This document shows, piece by piece, positions 44,901-56,806 of a DNA stretch of 64,000 bases. The stretch spans positions 1,984,001 through 2,048,000 of the forward strand of contig NW_024704771.1 of assembly GCF_018977255.1 (NCBI RefSeq). The letters run 5' to 3'. Positions within the stretch are counted from its first letter, which is position 1, and every line of letters starts with the position of its first letter. This DNA comes from Callorhinchus milii. Taxonomy: Eukaryota. A model generated the notes under the pieces. The model made no database searches. It was given only the letters and a program-made list of their open reading frames with translations, and was not told the DNA's origin. Position numbers and translations under genes: made by a program.

Positions 44901-47900
44901 AACAGCTCTTTGAAAGAGCTGACAGAGGCACGATGGGCCGAACAACCTCCTTCTGTGCTGTATAATTCTATGATTCCCAGAATCCTGTTTTAACAGAGTT
45001 CAGAGACTAAAAGACAAAACATCTTGGACTCCAGAGCATTCCCTGGGAGGAGAGAGAGAGAGAGAGAGAGAGAGAATTAGGGAGCCTGTGCTGGATTGTG
45101 GTGGTTATTTGTTCAGGAATGTTGTTCCCGCTATCATGTCACTTGTCTAACCTATTTTTCTCCCTCTCTCCCGGTACCTCCTATTATCTGCAGTTGGCCA
45201 TGTCTTCATCAGGTAAGAGCACCATCATTTTCCTCACCCTCCCACCTTTACCCTCCAAGCTCCTTACTGCTGTGGCCATGTGGCAGATAATAATAATAGT
45301 CCTTGCATTTGATATAGTGCCTTATCACGTCTTCGAGATGTCTCAAAGAGTTTCACAGAATATACTGTGAATTTAATTTAATTGTGTATTTTGTGGGCGA
45401 AAAGTGGCAACCAATTGCCCAGCAGCATCCCACAAACAGTCATGGATTGAAGTGACCCAATTTTTTTTTTTAAGGAATTATTAACCCCCAGAAAAGCGAT
45501 TCGCCATTCGACCAACAACTGGGTTCCTACTTACTGCTGCGTCAACCGAGGCGTGTGGAGTAAGGAAACTTGCCCAACATTTCGCCCTGCCGGGAATCGA
45601 AGCCAGGTCCTCTCGCTTGCAAGGCGAGTGCTTTAACCACTGAGCTACAGGACTCCACAGGTATAGGACTCTACAGCTACAGGTATAGGCCACGGGGCAG
45701 GGAAGCCAGATGTATTATCCTCTCCGTTCATTACAGATGAATATGTGGCATTTCTAACTGGATTCCTTAATAACCCCAACCCAGTCTCCTCCATAACCAT
45801 CCTCTCTGGAAGTGGAGTTGGCCTGCCATACTCCTCATCCAGCCCTTGCTGAGGAACTCCGGGAAAAATTAACATTTGTTTCAGATTCCCCGTCTCCGAC
45901 CCCCTACCCTCCCCCCTTTATAAATCTAAGTGTCCTGTAACATAATAGTTAATGTGCTCGCCTTGCAAGCAAACGAGAGGACCCAGGTTCGATTGGATTC
46001 CCGGGCCAGGTGAAACCTCAGGCAAGTTTCCTTACTCGGCGCACACGCCTCTGTTCACCTAGCAGCACTTGTTAGTCGATTGGTGGATTGCTTTCCAGTG
46101 GCAATATTCCCTTCAAAGAAATAATAATAACTTGGTCGTTCATTCCAAGATTGTTTGTGGGACACTGCTGTGCGCAATTGGCTGCCGTGCTTCACCCACT
46201 TCCACTTTACAGTGTATTCTGTGAAGTGCTTTTAAGATGTCTCGAAGATGAGATAAGGCACTATATCAACTGCAAGAATTATTATTATCGGCTCACAGTC
46301 CAGGCTGACACTCTACTACAGTGTTGGGTGGGAGCTCTACACTCCTGAGGTCTGAGGTACGTTTGGATTGGACATTAAACTGCCGGCTGCCTGTTCAGGT
46401 GGATATTAAAGATCTCGTGGTAATATTAGAAAAGAGAAGGGAATTTCTCTCCCTGTTTCCTGGCCAACAATCCCCCAGATAAATCAGGCGATCAGCTCAC
46501 GGCTGTTTGTGGGACATTGCTCTGTGCAAGTTGGTTGCCACATTTTGCCACGTATTGGATAGTGCACTCGCCTCGCAAGAGAGGACACCCAGGTTTGATT
46601 CCCAGCAGGATGAAACGTTAGGCAATTTTCCTTGCTCCAACTGCCTCTGTTTACCTAGTAGCAAGTAGGAGCCTGGTTGTTCGATGATTGGCGGATTGCT
46701 TTTGGGGCTATTAATCCATTCATAATAAAATAAAATTTTGGTCACTCAATCCACAATTGTTTGTGGGATACTGCTGTTCACATTTCTCCCACAAAATAGT
46801 CAATTCACTTTATAATACATTCTATGAAGAGCTTTGAGAAGGCTCAATGACTTGATAAGGCGCTGTATTAAATGCAAGGACTATTAATATTAACATTGCC
46901 CTTGTCCGCCAATACCTCTGGGCTACCTCATTCATGTCTTCATCGAGTCAAAGCTTCGTTATTCCAACACTCAAAAAAAGCGCTGTATAAATCTAAACTG
47001 GAATGTAACAACTAGACATTTCCCAGTTATCCAGATTTGCCCCTAAATAGAAGCAGCTTGTCTCATTGCCTGCAAATTCACAGTTACTACAATTTACAAC
47101 AGGTCACTGTGAAGCAATTGAAGGCGTTTGGATTCGATAAGGTGCTATAATCAAGCACAAGGACTATTATTGTTGGTGGGATGTTGTGTTTATCTGCATA
47201 ACCTGTGGAGTCATGTAACTCAGTGGTTAGAGCACTCGCCTCGCAAGCGAGAGGACCTGGGTTTAATTCCTGGCCTGGCGAAATGTTGGGCAAGTTTCCA
47301 TTTACCCAGCAATAAGTAGGAACCCAGTTGTTAGTCGATTGGCGGATCACTATTCCGCGGGTAATAATTACTTCAAAAAAAAAATAATTTGGTCATTCAA
47401 TGCAGGACTGTTTGTGGGACGCCTCTGTGCGCAATTGGCTGCCTGATTTGCCCACAAAATATACAGTCAGTTCACTTTACCGTATATTCTGTGAAGCACT
47501 TTTGAGACGTCTTGAAGATGTGATAAGCCGTTATGTCAAATAAATTATTATTATTATAACCCACCTTCATTTCATTATGAATTTCGTCACTGAGAAACCC
47601 TTTGAGACTTTGTTTGAAGGTGAAGGGTGTAAGTGTAAGCTGTTGCCCAGTGTCTCTGTGCTGGAGTGCATGTGCTGCTCTGAAACACGCTGTCTCTGCC
47701 TCCCTCCCTGTCCAGTGGTTAGAGACCAGACCCGACCGACAAGAATGTCCTGTCTGCAAAGCTGGGATCAGTCGTGAGAAAGTCATCCCTCTGTATGGCA
47801 GGGGCAGCACAAGCCAGGAGGACCCCAGGTACGTGTGAGGTCAGGGCCTGTCAGCGACTGGCCATCGCTCCCAGAGTGAGGCTTTCATAGGGGATTTGGG

Positions 47901-50900
47901 GAGTGAGACATTTGCTTTGCTTGGGTGTGCGGGGCTTTCATTCCCCACACTAAGGGGCGGGGCAATGGTTCTACCCGGCTTGTGGGTGGGGCTATTATTG
48001 TTCAATTGGGGGCGAGGGCTGTTCTGACAGGTTTGGGGGTGGGGCCTTGTTTTGCCTGGATTGTGGGCGGAGCTGTTCAATTGGGGTTGTGGGTGGAGCT
48101 ATTCTGATAGGGTTGGGGGCGGGGCTGTACAATTGGGGTTGTGGGGGCTATTGTTCGGATAGGGTTGGGGGCGGGGCTGTTCTGTAAGATGGGGCGGGGC
48201 CTTGTTCTGCCAGGGTTGGGGCGGGGCTCTGGCTCCACCGTGGGAGGGGCTGTTGAGGTCAGCAGTGCCTTTCCTTCTCCCTGATACCCAGGCGGATCAG
48301 GGTGGGTTGAGCAGAACAGAATGGCGGTGATTTTATATTTGCTTTAAGCCCACTCCCCATTTCAGATGTTCTGCCCTTTACAGGTTTGTATCAAAGGTTA
48401 AAAGATTTACTTCTCATTGACAGATTGAAGACTCCACCCAGACCCCAGGGCCAGCGTTCAGAGCCTGAGAGCAGAGGGGTAACTTCATTGCTCACTTTAT
48501 TACAGTTTTGAGTCTGAAAATATTTAGCTGATTAGACTCCAGCAGTTACCCCAACGCACACTCTGGGCTCCCCCCCCCCAAGCCTTGGCTCTCGCCAACC
48601 TGCGCCTAATACTCTCCGGAATTAGGTAAGCAGGATGCGTCCCTCCAGGGAGAGAGTGCGCATGCCATTCCAACAATCTCTCTGGGATTTTCATGTGTAG
48701 GTGGGATGTGGGATGGAATTCTCAGCTTGGTTTGGAGACTCTTTAAGCACCGTGATGGGTTTCCGCATGTGTCAGATACAAGGCTGAGCAGCCCACCCCC
48801 CCAACCCCGAAATAAATATCCCTTTAGCTCGGTCAGGGCATGGGAGGAGATTGTCGGATTGAGTCCCAGTGACTCCAAATATCAGCCTGGCTCAGTTCCT
48901 CAGTTGAAGTTTGTGGATTGAAGCTGGGATTTTGAGCTCACAAACCAGCCTGACGCTCCCAGCACAGTAACCGTGATAATACTTACATCTGATATTGAGT
49001 CTTTCACGTTGCTAAATGTTCATAAGATATATCGTGAAGGATATCCTGGAGATAATTGTTTCAAAGCCCTCCATGGCCTTGCTCCCCTCTACCTCTGCGA
49101 CCATCTAACCTCCTACTAACCCGCTCGCTCCCTCCGCTCAGCGGGCTCCAGCCTGCTTCACATCCCCCGCCTCACTCGCCACTCCATTGATGGACTGGCA
49201 TTATGCCACTTTGCCTCCACCTTCTGGAACTTCATCCCGCAGTCCCTCCGCCTCGCCACCTCCCTCGCCACCTTCAAGACACCTCAAGACACCCCAGCAC
49301 ACCTCAAGACCCTCCTCTTCGACCGTACCTTCGCTCACCCTCCTCCCCCCCCCCCCCCCAGCCTCCACCCTCCCCGATCCAGACCCCCAGCTTGGATCTG
49401 AAACACTGACTGGCGCCTTGGGACGTCCTCCCGATGGTGAAAGGTGCTGGACACAGGTAATGTTGTTGTTAGCGAGGACATTGGGAGACATTCCCGTCCA
49501 CAGTTTAACGTCTCGTCTTAAGGCCGGCACCTCCAACAGTGAAGCATCCCCCCAGCGCACCTCAGCTTAGACTGTTGAGTTCCAAGCCCTGGTTTAGTCC
49601 AGTAAACCGAGAAAATCTTGTGGACCTGCATGCAGAGCGGGCTTCACTAACCCGCCCTGAGAAGGCATTTTGTCTTGAGAATATCTATGCGCGTAGGTGA
49701 GTCTCTCCTCTGTCTGTCTGTGTTTGTTTTGGTATGTGTGTTCCTTTCTGTCTTTCTCTGTCTGTCTGTGAGTGATTCCCTCTCTCTCTTTTTCTGGTGT
49801 GCAAGTCTCCTCTGTCTGCATTCGATTCCCGGGAAGGTGAATCGTTGGGCACGTTTGCTTACTCGCCTTTGTTTACCCCGCAGAAAATAGGACGATTGTT
49901 AGTTGATTGGCGGATCGCTTTTCCGGGGATCCTTCAAAATAAATAATAAAAATAATTTGGTCTGTCAATCCATGACTGTTTGTGGGACGCTGCTGTGCGC
50001 AATTGGCTGCGGCGTTTCACCCACAAGATATACAGCGAATTCAATTTGCAGTATATTCTGTGAAGCGTTAGCCTGCTCATGTATTTGAATATATTGAATA
50101 TACTGTAAAGTGACTTCACTGTATATTTTGTGGGCGAAACGCGGCAGCCAATTGCCAGGATTATTATTCTGTTTGATTCTGTGAGTGTGTGTCCCTCTCC
50201 CTCTCTGTGTGTGTCTGTGAGTGTATCTCTCCCTGAGTGGGGAGGGAGGGCTGCCTCTCTTTGGGCCTCTGTGTGCAGTGCTGAGAGGCAGAGGATGGTG
50301 ACCTCCTGGAGCTCCGCAGTCAGGACCCCTGCAGTGTTCATCGAATCTCCAGGCCTTTGAATGTAGTGCAGGATTCACATGGACCACTCTGTCTAGTTCT
50401 GCTCTCCTCACTGCCCCCCAACACCATTTCCCCCCCCCCACCCCACCCGCCCCCCCAATACCCCACGGATGAGAGTGAGGAGCTGGATGATCCCACTTAG
50501 AAAACGTCACTGTCTTGTCTTGGTGAATGGTACCCATTGTCTCAACCGATCACGTGCTTTCAAAAAATATAGGTTGGCAGTAAAATGTGCCTCTCAGTAG
50601 CACCAATTGACGCTCCCCCAACCCCCGCAATTTCCCTTAGAATTTGTCAAATTTCCCTGAAATGTTTGGCAAATATTTCCGCATTTTTCTATTGGCCCCA
50701 CTGATTAAGAGACATAGCGAGAAATGTTTTGACACATGTGAGAGAGTGTGTGGGGGGGGGCGCGGGCAGGGTTGGGGGCAAGAAGATAGTGGGGCTTTGT
50801 GGAAATTTTGAGTGAAGACTTTCAGTGCTTATTTTTGTAAGTTTGTGTTTTTTGCGAATAACTGCAGTTTGTATTTTACGCCAAGAGATGGCAAGAGTGC

Positions 50901-52911
50901 GTCAAAACTTGCCCCCTCCCACACACACCCACACGCGTGCGCACACACGTACACACACGTGCGCGCACACGCGTACACACACATGCGCACACAAATACAC
51001 TCATACGCTTGTATTTATCAAAGGAGAAAGCACGTGAAAACTGCCGCTTTGTTTGCCTACGTAAAGGTCACCATTATTGCACACCGTTCAACGGCAAGGT
51101 TAGAGAATCTTTCAGCTGAGATGTGAAGCCAATGTCCCGTCCGTGCCAGTTCAATTGGATGTTGGAATTTAGCTACAAAATGCACAGACACCATACTCCA
51201 GGGCTGTTAGTTTACACAATGAACTGCAAACTAACCACAAACTGCATTCAACACACCGGCTTTCACGTCGGGAGGACGTCCCAATGCGCTGGACGTTTAG
51301 GGATTTGGACCCGAGCTGGGGATTGGGATCAGGAAGGGTGGAGGGCAGGGGTTGAAGGCGCGGTCACGGAGGGGGATCTGGAAGGAGGCGAGCGAGGGAG
51401 CGAGGCGAAGGGACTGTGGGATGGTGTTCCAAAGGGTGGGGGCAGAGAAGCTGAAGGCCTGACAGCCGATAGTGACGTGGAGCAGACCAGAGCCCGCTGA
51501 GCTTCTCTCATACATAATAGTCATACAATCTGCAGTTTACAGTCAATAAATCTGCCTCACATGTTACACAGTGAACGTGGATGGCAGGGATGTGCTGGTA
51601 GATGGAGGTGATGGATGGGAGTTTTATAATGCGATAGTAATAATAATAGTATTTTCATTTATCACGACTTTGAGACATCTCAAAGCGCTTCACAAAATAT
51701 ACTGTAAAGTGTAGTGCTGCATATTTTGTGGGCGAAAAGCAGCAGCCAATTGCGCACAGCATCGTCCCACAAACAAGTCGTGGATTGAGTGACCAACTTA
51801 CNTTTTTTATGAAGGCATTATTACCCCCGGAACAGCGATCCGCGACTTAACAACCAGGTTCCTACTGACTGCTGAGTAAACAGGTGTGTGTGGAGGAAGG
51901 AAACTTGCCCAGCGTTTCGCCCCAAGGAAAGTAAGGGGTTTGATGATATGGGGGAAAAGGGATGTTTATCCAGAACGAGTGAGATCGGAGGAATGTTTTT
52001 CTTCCTGTTGTAGGGTTTTCAGGGATTTGGCGACACCGGCTTCCACATGTCCTTCGGGATCGGAGCTTTTCCCTTTGGATTCTTCACCACAGTATTTAAC
52101 TCCAATGACAACCGCCAGCGAATGGGTGAGTGCTGTCAGCCAGTCTGTGGGGAGGTGGGTTGGTGTGTCGGGCCAGGGGGGGAGGTGGGTCGGGGAGCGG
52201 GAGAGGTGTGTCAGGGAGCTGGGGAGGTATGTCGGGAAGCGGGGGAGGCGTGTCGGGGAGCGGGGACGACGTGTCAGGTAGCGGGGGAAGCGTGTCGGGG
52301 AGCGGGGAGGAGTGTCGGGGGACGAGTGTCAGGGAGGGGGGAGGCATGTCGGGGAGCGGGGAGGCGTGTCGGGGAGCGGGGAGGCGTGTCGGGGAGCGGG
52401 GGAGGCGTGTCGGGGAGCGGGGAGGCGTGTCGGGGAGCGGGGGAGGCGTGTCGGGGAGCGGGGGAGGCGTGTCGGGGAGCGGGGAGGCGTGTCGGGGAGC
52501 GGGGGAGGCGTGTCGGGGAGCGGGGGAGGCGTGTCGGGGAGCGGGGGAGGCGTGTCGGGGAGCGGGGGAGGCGTGTCGGGGAGCGGGGGAGGCGTGTCGG
52601 GGAGCGGGGGAGGCGTGTCGGGGAGCGGGGGAGGCGTGTCGGGGCGGCGTGTTGGGGGAGGGGGGAGGCGCGTGGGGGGAGAGGGGATGTGCGTGGAGGC
52701 GAGGGGTTGGGGGGAGGTTTGCTGTGATGGCGAGTGACCAACAGTTGAGCCGCTGCTCTTCCTCATAGACAACGATCGGGGAAACCACGGCAACATGGAC
52801 TGGAATTCCTTCTTCGGGGGGAACCGTGGGGCCGCTGCCGGCAACAACAACTGGGATTCGCTCTTCCTCTTCATCGCCATCTTCTTCTTCTTCTGGCTCC
52901 TGAGCGTGTGA
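32799..52911 (+). CDS. RNF5: E3 ubiquitin-protein ligase RNF5, complete: join(32799..32932,45194..45212,47716..47828,48424..48478,52014..52125,52769..52911), 576 nt, 191 aa
   Basis: C3HC4 [63 protein letters not shown], then [28 protein letters not shown] and a C-terminal membrane anchor [19 protein letters not shown] that is typical of RNF5 rather than RNF185. All junctions are GT-AG and in phase. Confidence 0.93.
32955..33360. repeat. C-rich tandem repeat (about 30-bp ccacccctcaaccccccc(c)acctcctcc unit)
   Basis: Seen directly; start of RNF5 intron 1. Confidence 0.9.
33360..34010. repeat. Minisatellite, 25-30 bp unit cagtgggcacttacc(c/t)gcccc...
   Basis: About 20 degenerate copies seen directly. 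Confidence 0.9.
34305..34668 (-). mobile_element. tRNA-derived SINE, full length
   Basis: Family consensus. Confidence 0.8.
35156..35478 (-). mobile_element. tRNA-derived SINE, young deleted subfamily
   Basis: See 25677-25999. Confidence 0.8.
35520..37210 (+). mobile_element. Cluster of L2 3' fragments
   Basis: [15 protein letters not shown] and [20 protein letters not shown] motifs; repeated stem-loop/(TTG)n tails. Confidence 0.7.
41580..41950 (+). mobile_element. tRNA-derived SINE, full length
   Basis: Family consensus. Confidence 0.8.
42061..42792 (+). mobile_element. L2 LINE 3' fragment (RT YADD region to tail)
   Basis: MYADDTKL at 42065; [19 protein letters not shown] and IQNSAAHVL motifs; stem-loop tail with (TTG)n. 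Confidence 0.8.
43415..43768 (+). mobile_element. tRNA-derived SINE, full length
   Basis: Family consensus. Confidence 0.8.
44512..44975 (+). mobile_element. CR1-clade LINE 3' end
   Basis: [19 protein letters not shown]...[13 protein letters not shown]; (TTCTATGA)-type tail. Confidence 0.85.
45194..45212 (+). CDS. RNF5: RNF5 exon 2 (19-nt micro-exon, C-WPCLHQ)
   Basis: atctgcag|TTGGCCATGTCTTCATCAG|gtaaga. Confidence 0.9.
45286..45657 (-). mobile_element. tRNA-derived SINE, full length
   Basis: Family consensus; 74 bp downstream of the RNF5 micro-exon. Confidence 0.8.
47206..47558 (+). mobile_element. tRNA-derived SINE, full length
   Basis: Family consensus. Confidence 0.8.
47716..47828 (+). 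CDS. RNF5: RNF5 exon 3
   Basis: ccctgtccag|TGGTTAGAG ... GACCCCAG|gtacgt. Confidence 0.93.
47950..48235. repeat. G-rich degenerate repeat (gggttgggggcggggctgt)
   Basis: Seen directly; RNF5 intron 3. Confidence 0.75.
48424..48478 (+). CDS. RNF5: RNF5 exon 4
   Basis: ttgacag|ATTGAAGACTCCACCC ... AGAGGG|gtaact; [18 protein letters not shown]. Confidence 0.9.
49065..49470 (+). mobile_element. L2 3' fragment
   Basis: Same L2 3' UTR and stem-loop tail. Confidence 0.65.
52014..52125 (+). CDS. RNF5: RNF5 exon 5
   Basis: cctgttgtag|GGTTTTCAG ... CGAATGG|gtgagt. Confidence 0.92.
52195..52650. repeat. 21-22 bp CpG/G-rich minisatellite (ggggaggcgtgtcggggagcg)n
   Basis: About 20 copies, homogeneous in the 3' half; RNF5 last intron. 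Confidence 0.95.
52769..52911 (+). CDS. RNF5: RNF5 terminal coding exon
   Basis: cttcctcatag|ACAACGAT ... AGCGTGTGA. Confidence 0.88.
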
Positions 52912-53250
52912 GCTGCGGGCGGGCGGGGGGGGGGGGGGGGTGGGGGGGGAGGGAGGGGAGGGGGGGCGTGGGTGGCGGCAGTCAGCGGCCGGCCGCGGGA
53001 CGGGAACGGACACGGGGGTGGGGGAGGGGGAACGCTGCGGATCAGGGATCTTTTTGAAACGGCAACACTTTTTACAAGAAAAAAATTAACCAGAAGCGGG
53101 AAGAAGAGGCTGGTGGCCATGTTGGTCCCCTGGCGATCGGTCAGCACCGCAAACCGAATGGGCAGCAAACACGGCAGGACTCGGCCACGGCTCCGGTTCC
53201 CTGTTGCGCTGCGGTTTGAGCAAAGAGGTGATTCTCTCTCATAAACTCTT

Positions 53251-53256
53251 AATAAA
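53251..53256 (+). terminator. Probable RNF5 polyadenylation signal
   Basis: AATAAA 340 nt after the stop codon, followed by a GT-rich tract. Confidence 0.65.
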
Positions 53257-53324
53257 GGTTTCTGTGCAATTAGGTTCGCTTACAAAGAGGTCCTCGGCTC
53301 CATTCCCCCTTCCAGCTCCTATGC

Positions 53325-53830
53325 TCCCCTTTCTCTCCCCCCCCCCCCCCCCCCTCCCCCTCTTCCCCTCTCCTTTCTCCCTCTCTCACCCCCCTCTTTC
53401 TCTCTCCCCCTCAAGACTTTCTCTCGGGGAGAAGGCTGTGAAGCCTGGAGTGATCTGTCGCTGGGTCAGTGGAATCTGCGCGCCCCCCGACATTCAGTCT
53501 GTTGCCTCATCTTCTTTGGTCTTTCTATATCTCTCTCCCTCTCTCTTCACACTCTTCTCTCTCCTTCCTCTCTTTCCCCTTCTCTCTTTCCTCCCTCCTT
53601 CGCGTCTCTCTGACTCTCTCTCACTACCTTTTCACTTTTCTCCCTCCCTATTCTCTTTCCTTCCCCCCCCCCCTGTCTCTCTTTCTCTGTTTCTCATTCC
53701 TCTTCTGTCTTTCCTCTCATTCCCGTTGCTCCCTCTCCTCCTCCTCTTTTCCTCTCCTTACTCCTCTCTCTTCCCCTTTCTCTCGATTCTCATCGCTTTG
53801 CTCCCTCTCCCTCCCCCCTCTCTTGCTTGG
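53325..53830. repeat. Long polypyrimidine (CT-rich) low-complexity tract
   Basis: Seen directly. Confidence 0.9.
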
Positions 53831-54369
53831 CTCCACTTCTGTACCCCTCCCAACAACCAACCCGGACTATATTCTCCCCCCACTCCCCCACTGCCTGAGG
53901 ACCACATGCAGATGCTATGTGATGATTCTGAAACAATAGTTTTTAAGTCTCTGCTTTTTACTCCCCATTAGAATTAGGGCTCATGATGTACAGAACTTCT
54001 GATTTTCAAACTGGACTTGCTTGGCTCCACACCCACCCACACACACACGAACCCCACTCTCCTCCTCCCCTCACCCCCCCCCCCCCACCTTCCTCCTCCC
54101 CACACCCCTCCCTTTGTAGTCTTGCAATTCCTTTTTTTTGTGACTCGCACAACACGACTTGTGTGTCCTCATGTCTCTCTGTGGACTGTGCAATTTCTGA
54201 GAGTGATAAAGTAACTTTCCTGTACATTTCTACTGCTCAGTATTAATAAACGTCAGAATTGGACATGGATCTGGGAGCAGAATGTTTCTGCGGGTCGGAG
54301 GGAGGCAATAAGCGCTTTCCACAGGCGAATAAAAATAACGGACCGGGTTTACCAGCAAATGTGTCCGTG

Positions 54370-54850
54370 ACCCCCTAATCCCCACCCTCGCCCGGCTCCA
54401 CTGGCTCCCCATCCCCCAGAGGATAGAGTTCAAACTTCTCGTCCTTGTCTTCAAAGCCCTCCACGGTCTCGCTCCCCCTACCTACCTCTGTGACCTGCTG
54501 ACCCCACATCAACCTTTCCGCCCCCTCTGCTCAGCAGGCTCCAACCTGCACCCCGCCCCCCCACCCCACCATCGTGGTCGAACGTTCGGCCTCTCTATCC
54601 CCTCCCTTTGGAACTCCACCCAACAGGCCCACCGCCTCGGCTCCTTCCTTGTTTTCTTCAAGGCCCGTCACAACACCCTCCTCTTCGACCGCACCTTTGG
54701 TCACTCTCCTATCCCACCCCCCCACCTTCTGTCACTCTTCTACCTTCCACCCTTCCTGATTCCAACCTCCCAGCTCGGGTCCAAACCCCTGACTGTCCAG
54801 CTCCTTGGGATGTCCTCATAAGGTGAACAAGGCTGTGTAAATGTAACTTA
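54370..54850 (+). mobile_element. L2 3' fragment
   Basis: LHWLPIPQRIEFKLLVLVFK motif and tail. Confidence 0.65.
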
Positions 54851-56425
54851 TGGTTGCGATGTGATCGAGGTGCTCAAGCTAATGAAAGGGTTTGAGAGAA
54901 TTAGTTCTGAGCAACTCGACAGCTGAAGGATCGAGGTGCAAATACTGCACTTGACGGCGCCCAAGAGGTTTGGCTACAACTTAACATTGTAATTGCTCTG
55001 TACTTTCCACTGAGAGAGGCCCACAAATTGCCAATGAAGTCCCACATCCACTGGCTGCCAGGCACAGGCGGGGAGGCATGAGGTTGAGGGGGCGAGAACA
55101 CAGAGGAAGCCAAACCACATGTTCTTGTGTACAGAAAAAAGGCCTGATCTCCAATCACAGTGGTTTCACACAGAAACTGGGCTCATCCCAGAGAGAATTT
55201 AATAATAATAAGCCTTGCATTTCATATTGCACCTTATCACGTCTTCGAGGAGCCTCAAAGCGCTTCACAGCATATGCAGTAAAGTGTAGCGACTGTGTAC
55301 TTTGTGGGCGAAACATAGCAGCCAATTGTGCGCAGCAGCGTCCCACAAACAGTTGTGGATTGAGTGACCAAAACATTATTTTTATTTATAATTTTCTCAC
55401 TTTTAACCTTTAAAAGGTTCTTTGGAAGTCAGGTTAACGTGATAGACGTCCTCCTGACGTGAAAGGCGCTTTATAAATGGAATCTTGTTGTTGTTGTTGT
55501 TGATAGGGTAGGATATATTCACAACCGGCTTGTGAGGCATTCCATTTAATTTTCCAATTCCTGGAGTGGACAGAAGTGGTTTAATTAAAGTGGTTTAATC
55601 TCTTCCCAAATCGTGCCCTTGGAAAAGCGTTGAGGACCAGTCTGTGTCTGTCTGACCTCCAGTACGGTGCTGTGGGGTGAAGTGCCATCGTTCGAATGAG
55701 ATGTTAACACCAAAGTGTTTCTGTGGACATTAATGATCCTATGGCGCTATTCAAGAAGATAAGTAAGTTTCTCTCTCCCCTTACCTTGGCTGACAATCCT
55801 CCCCCCCCACCCCCACCACCAAAGAAAAATTGGCCACTCACTTCACGATTGTTTGTGGGATGTTGCTGGTCGCCCGACTTTACACTACAGCCTGTGAAGC
55901 GCTTTGAGACAACAACAACAAATTCCACCTGTGTAGCGCCCTTCATGTTGGAAAGAACATCCCAGGGCGCGGGACAGTCAGGGCTTTCGGTCCTGAGCGA
56001 GGACTTAGGCTCAGGAGGGTTGGCGGGTGTGCAGGGGGATGGGAGTTTGGGCGAAGGCACAGTCGAAGACGAAGGCCTTCAGATGGGATTTGAAGGAGGT
56101 AAGAGGCGGGGGGATAGATCTGTCGCTATCGTGTGTTAGGCTGACACATAATGTGTTTCTAGTTTAGTGATACTTTGCTGCCGCATGTTGGTCACAGGAT
56201 AACAGTGACAGAACACAATACGAGCCCCGACAGTCACCAGTGTTTGAAAGCTATTTCCTACCTGAAGCTTCTGGCGTTAAACGAAGTGTCAAATATTTAT
56301 CCACTGAGCCTGAGCCTGGAGTCCAGCCAGAGCAGGAAGCCACACTGACACTGCTTGTAAATTTCAGTCAAATCTCAACCAACACCTCCTGACAGGATGT
56401 CAACAGGCTCCCCCCCCCCTCCACA

Positions 56426-56535
56426 GAAACCTGACTGACTGTCACAGAACACCCCCCTCTCCCCCCCCCCCCACCACTCACCCCAAAATGGAATTGCTCC
56501 CAGTATTTCACCGCAAACCTGCCACACCAAGGGAT
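56426..56535 (-). pseudogene. Duplicated copy of the AGPAT-like exon relic
   Basis: ttgttgcag|ATC CCT TGG TGT GGC AGG TTT GCG GTG AAA TAC TGG (IPWCGRFAVKYWEQFHFGVSG...VFCDSQSGF). Part of a block closely similar to 23524-23893; retains an acceptor with I-x8-KY spacing as in AGPAT1 ILRLMLLHIKY. Confidence 0.5.
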
Positions 56536-56806
56536 CTGCAACAACAGATGATCTGTACATGGCGCCTTTCACATCAGGAGGTTGTCCCAAGGAGCTGGAC
56601 TGTCAGGGATCTGTACCCGAGCTCATGGTTGGGATCAGGAGGTGTGGAGGGCAGTGGGTGGGAGTGGGAGGATAACCAAAGGCACGGTCGAAGAGGAGGT
56701 TCTTGAGACGGGTCTTGAAAGAGGTAAGATAGGGGGTGAGGTGGAGGGATTGCGGGATAGAGTTCCAGAGTTTGGGGGCAGAGATGCTGAATGCCCGACT
56801 GCCAAT

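Noticed and set aside
50580-51130. Unique-looking sequence in RNF5 intron 4, possibly a DNA-transposon fragment
   Set aside because: No terminal inverted repeats, TSD or recognisable protein motif could be established
52047-53168. Repetitive 200-300 aa ORFs (GEACRGA, RRVGERG, PDTPPPL)
   Set aside because: Translations of the 22-bp minisatellite
53204-53971. 255-aa Leu/Ser/Pro/Phe ORF
   Set aside because: Polypyrimidine low-complexity tract
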